Positions 61,563 to 64,000 of a stretch of 64,000 nucleotides of DNA are shown here, piece after piece. Both the position numbers and the translations under genes were made by a program. Under the pieces are notes generated by a model that worked only from the letters and a program-made list of their open reading frames with translations, was not told the origin of the DNA and made no database searches. How positions within the stretch are numbered: position 1 is the stretch's first letter; every line of letters begins with the position of its first letter. Source of the stretch: Methanobacteriota archaeon (lineage in GTDB: Archaea > Halobacteriota > Bog-38 > Methanoflorentales > Methanoflorentaceae); assembly GCA_963748445.1 (NCBI GenBank), contig CAVVIU010000002.1:8974-72973 (forward strand), given 5' to 3'.

Positions 61563-62129
61563 TTTCTTCCTGCTCCTTTTTCTGCTCCTCTCGAGCTTCA
61601 ATCAGCCACTCTATCTTGCCGAGGGCTGCCTGCCTCATCGTTAGTCCTATCTTGCTCTCTCGAGGTTCCCTTTCGTTTAGACTCACAGCTACAACGCGTG
61701 CGCGAACTTTGTCTCCTTCAGCTATTGCCTTGTTAGTTTCCTTACCCACAAGTCTCGAGTTTTTTTCGTCGTAGGATATATAATCGTCAGCTATTTGACT
61801 TACGTGAAGTAGTCCGTCAAGCGGTCCTAAGCCGATGAAAGCTCCAAATTCCACTACTTCAACGACTTTACCTTCTACAATTTCCTGCAGTTCAGGTTTG
61901 AACGTTACGCTTCAAAAGTTATATCGTAATAAACTGCCCCATCCCCGGCTAATATCTTTCCTTCGCCTATGTCAAGCACATTTGTAACAGCAATAATGGA
62001 TCCAAGCGTCTTGTCTATTCTTCCTTCAAGCTTTTCTCGTAGCAGATCTTTTACAACTGTTACTGTATCCTCTCCAAACCGGTCTGGTGGCAGTCTAACA
62101 GTATCAACCAAAGTAACTTTCTTATACAT
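61543..62129 (-). CDS. rpoE: DNA-directed RNA polymerase subunit E' (Rpo7); frameshift near 61908
   Basis: [15 protein letters not shown]...YYDITFEA joins [38 protein letters not shown] (S1 domain). Confidence 0.88.
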
Positions 62130-62652
62130 CCTTCATCCTCGTATAAAGATCCATAGCATATTTGATGCAATCCTTCGCAACATCCGCACTTTCCCAACCT
62201 AAAATCTCCGTCACCTTACCCTCGAGCTTCTTATACACCTCAAAAAAGTGTGCTACTTCCTTCAAAAAATGACTTTGTACGTTGCTAATATCTTGATATT
62301 CGGCATATTTAGGATCGTGTACTGGCACGCAGAGCACTTTATCATCCTTATCGCCACCGTCAAGCATTTTAAGTAAGCCGATAGGTCGCGCATCAATAAC
62401 GCATTTTGGATAAGTTGGCTCGTCCATAATTACAATGGCATCGAGAGGGTCATTATCGTCGTAATAAGTTTTTGGTATTAATCCGTAGTCACCTGGGTAG
62501 TGAAGTGGTGAATAGAGAACTCTATCTAGATGAATTGTATCCCATTCCTTGATATATTCATATTTGTTACGACATCCTTTAGGGATCTCAACAACTACGT
62601 ATATCTCGTGAGGCGGATTCGCTCCAGTCTCGATGTCTTTCCAAAGATTCAT
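62122..62652 (-). CDS. ppa: inorganic diphosphatase (family I)
   Basis: VVVEIPKGCRNKYEY, YPGDYGLIP and DGGDKDDKVL. Confidence 0.92.
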   Translation of the reverse strand: MNLWKDIETGANPPHEIYVVVEIPKGCRNKYEYIKEWDTIHLDRVLYSPLHYPGDYGLIPKTYYDDNDPLDAIVIMDEPTYPKCVIDARPIGLLKMLDGGDKDDKVLCVPVHDPKYAEYQDISNVQSHFLKEVAHFFEVYKKLEGKVTEILGWESADVAKDCIKYAMDLYTRMKDV

Positions 62653-63011
62653 TCAATATCAACCTCTAAATACTTCAATTGACGTAATTGTATTATAGGT
62701 ATATTATTCTGGCGAAGTTTTGACTGTAATTCCTTGTCGTTGGTTACAATAGCAGCCTTATATTTGCGTGCTGTGTTTATGAGTATTTCATCAACGGATT
62801 TTCCCTTTGCAGCTTCAAGCATTTCACACCGACGGGACAGTTCTATCGCAAGCTTAGAACCTTTTAATCTTTTTTTGTTGAGGTCTTTTAGCTCATTTAT
62901 CACAGGTGGTATCGTGGCCGGAATATAACCAAGTTTCATTAACTCGCCAAACACGTCAACTTTGAAATTAAATGGTATAAGTAGCGCATTGGAGTCAAGT
63001 ATAGCAATCAT
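62649..63011 (-). CDS. PIN domain protein (Fcf1-like)
   Basis: [11 protein letters not shown] (first acidic PIN residue) and VTNDKEL. The start abuts the aIF2-gamma stop. Confidence 0.6.
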   Translation of the reverse strand: MIAILDSNALLIPFNFKVDVFGELMKLGYIPATIPPVINELKDLNKKRLKGSKLAIELSRRCEMLEAAKGKSVDEILINTARKYKAAIVTNDKELQSKLRQNNIPIIQLRQLKYLEVDIE

Positions 63012-64000
63012 TTGGCGATTATTCCTGCTCCTATGAGGCGCCATCTTGAGCCTATCCGCCTCGAAATCGCAACTCTTGATCCAACCCCCGCACATACAGG
63101 CCTTTTTAAAGTGACATTGAGCTCTGAATTACGAACACTCGTTACGACGCCCACAGTCGTCGCCGTTCCAATACTCAACATGAGCGGCTCCCCAGTTCGA
63201 ATAGAGGCCACATTGAGCTCGGCCGCAGATCCGACAACACGCTCCAGAAGCTTAAACTGCATTATAAATGAATTCCAAACAGGGGGTAGGGTTCCGGGCG
63301 CGCCAGCGATCTGCCCCACGAGGGAATCACTCTTTACTAGGGCAGGATCAAGTTTTGTCCCGATACCAATGAGCCCACCGGGGGTGGCTTCTTTTAACTT
63401 CTCCTTCTCTGATATAATGCTTGATATGATCGTTGTAATGGGTGTCCATTCAGTTCTTCCGCCAATCTCTACCCGTCTCCCCGGTCTAATCTCTATTTCG
63501 TCTCTAACACTAAGCTGTCCTTGATTCAACGTACCGCCTATCACTCCGCCAACAAGCTTTGATGTGCTTGTTCCGGGTTTATTGACATCAAATGACCTCG
63601 CTATAAACATCTGTGCAGGTTTACTGATGTCTCGTGTTAAACAGGGTATATGGTGCTCTATGAGTTGTATAAGCAGGTCAATATTCACGTTTTGTTGCGC
63701 GGATATGGGAATTACTGGAGCATTTTCTGCAACTGTTCCCCGTACGAATTCTTTAATTTGCATGTAATTTTCAATGAGGTCTTGCTCAGAGACAAGGTCA
63801 ATCTTATTTTGCACTATGATTACGTTTTTTATGCCCACAATGTCAAGAGCCATAAGATGCTCTTTCGTTTGAGGCTGAGGACAAGGCTCATTAGCAGCTA
63901 TGACTAAGATGGCGCCATCCATTATAGCAGCTCCAGAAAGCATAGTTGCCATTAAGGTCTCGTGACCGGGCGCATCCACGAAAGAAACAGTCCTCAACTC
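63008..64000 (-). CDS. eif2g: translation initiation factor 2 subunit gamma (partial, N-terminus beyond window end)
   Basis: [41 protein letters not shown] and NKIDLV GTPase motifs. Confidence 0.92.
   Translation of the reverse strand, partial: ELRTVSFVDAPGHETLMATMLSGAAIMDGAILVIAANEPCPQPQTKEHLMALDIVGIKNVIIVQNKIDLVSEQDLIENYMQIKEFVRGTVAENAPVIPISAQQNVNIDLLIQLIEHHIPCLTRDISKPAQMFIARSFDVNKPGTSTSKLVGGVIGGTLNQGQLSVRDEIEIRPGRRVEIGGRTEWTPITTIISSIISEKEKLKEATPGGLIGIGTKLDPALVKSDSLVGQIAGAPGTLPPVWNSFIMQFKLLERVVGSAAELNVASIRTGEPLMLSIGTATTVGVVTSVRNSELNVTLKRPVCAGVGSRVAISRRIGSRWRLIGAGIIAK

Noticed and set aside
1485-61912. Frameshifts as programmed recoding or genuine pseudogenisation
   Set aside because: There are no shared slippery heptamers or downstream structures at the sites. 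The breaks hit unrelated essential genes at random positions. Motifs are perfectly conserved on both sides, and the events are strongly biased to +1 insertion. All of this fits consensus error better than biology. It cannot be fully excluded without reads.
1-64000. CRISPR arrays, rRNA genes, intact IS elements or transposases, toxin-antitoxin or defence operons, and in-frame TAG/TGA recoding (Pyl/Sec)
   Set aside because: Reading both strands, I saw no regularly spaced direct repeats. The only repeats are the 11-, 13- and 23-nt tandem or direct repeats reported above. I saw no rRNA-like conserved blocks and no transposase motifs. No otherwise intact gene is interrupted by a single in-frame stop; every interruption is a frame change.

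Overview
Chromosomal window from a methanogen- or methanotroph-type euryarchaeon. The 5' end (2.0-7.0 kb) carries a co-directional cluster of predicted metallocluster-handling genes: Mrp/ApbC, DUF5320, two NifX-like proteins, two COG1149 ferredoxin-insert ATPases, and a CDF transporter fused to a NifX-like domain. Next comes a second putative metal module (8.4-11.3 kb): an ABC-2 exporter, a PadR regulator, a Cys/His/Met-rich DUF5320-like protein and an untracked Met-rich mini-ORF. The centre is a C1-metabolism block: mfnB, a complete mcrBDCGA operon (14.2-19.1 kb), cofH, and mtrEDCBAFGH (21.9-26.9 kb). It is followed by the McrA thioamidation pair ycaO-tfuA and a TiaS-like marker-type gene. 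The 3' half is housekeeping: alba, pyrK, valS, trpB2, ino1, gatCA, purB, apgM, methanogen-type serS, KEOPS genes, ribosomal proteins S3Ae/S15/S24e/S27ae, rpoE/spt4, ppa and aIF2-gamma. One tRNA gene is present and is about 50 nt too long for a mature class II tRNA. I found no rRNA, no CRISPR array and no intact mobile element; the only mobile-element trace is a short tyrosine-recombinase C-terminal remnant. At least 26 single-base reading-frame breaks interrupt otherwise recognisable genes, including mcrB, mtrC, valS, gatA, rpoE and alba. I read these as consensus indel errors rather than biology. For those genes I report merged spans instead of the split ORFs in the track. Family names come from motif recognition by eye, not from searches.
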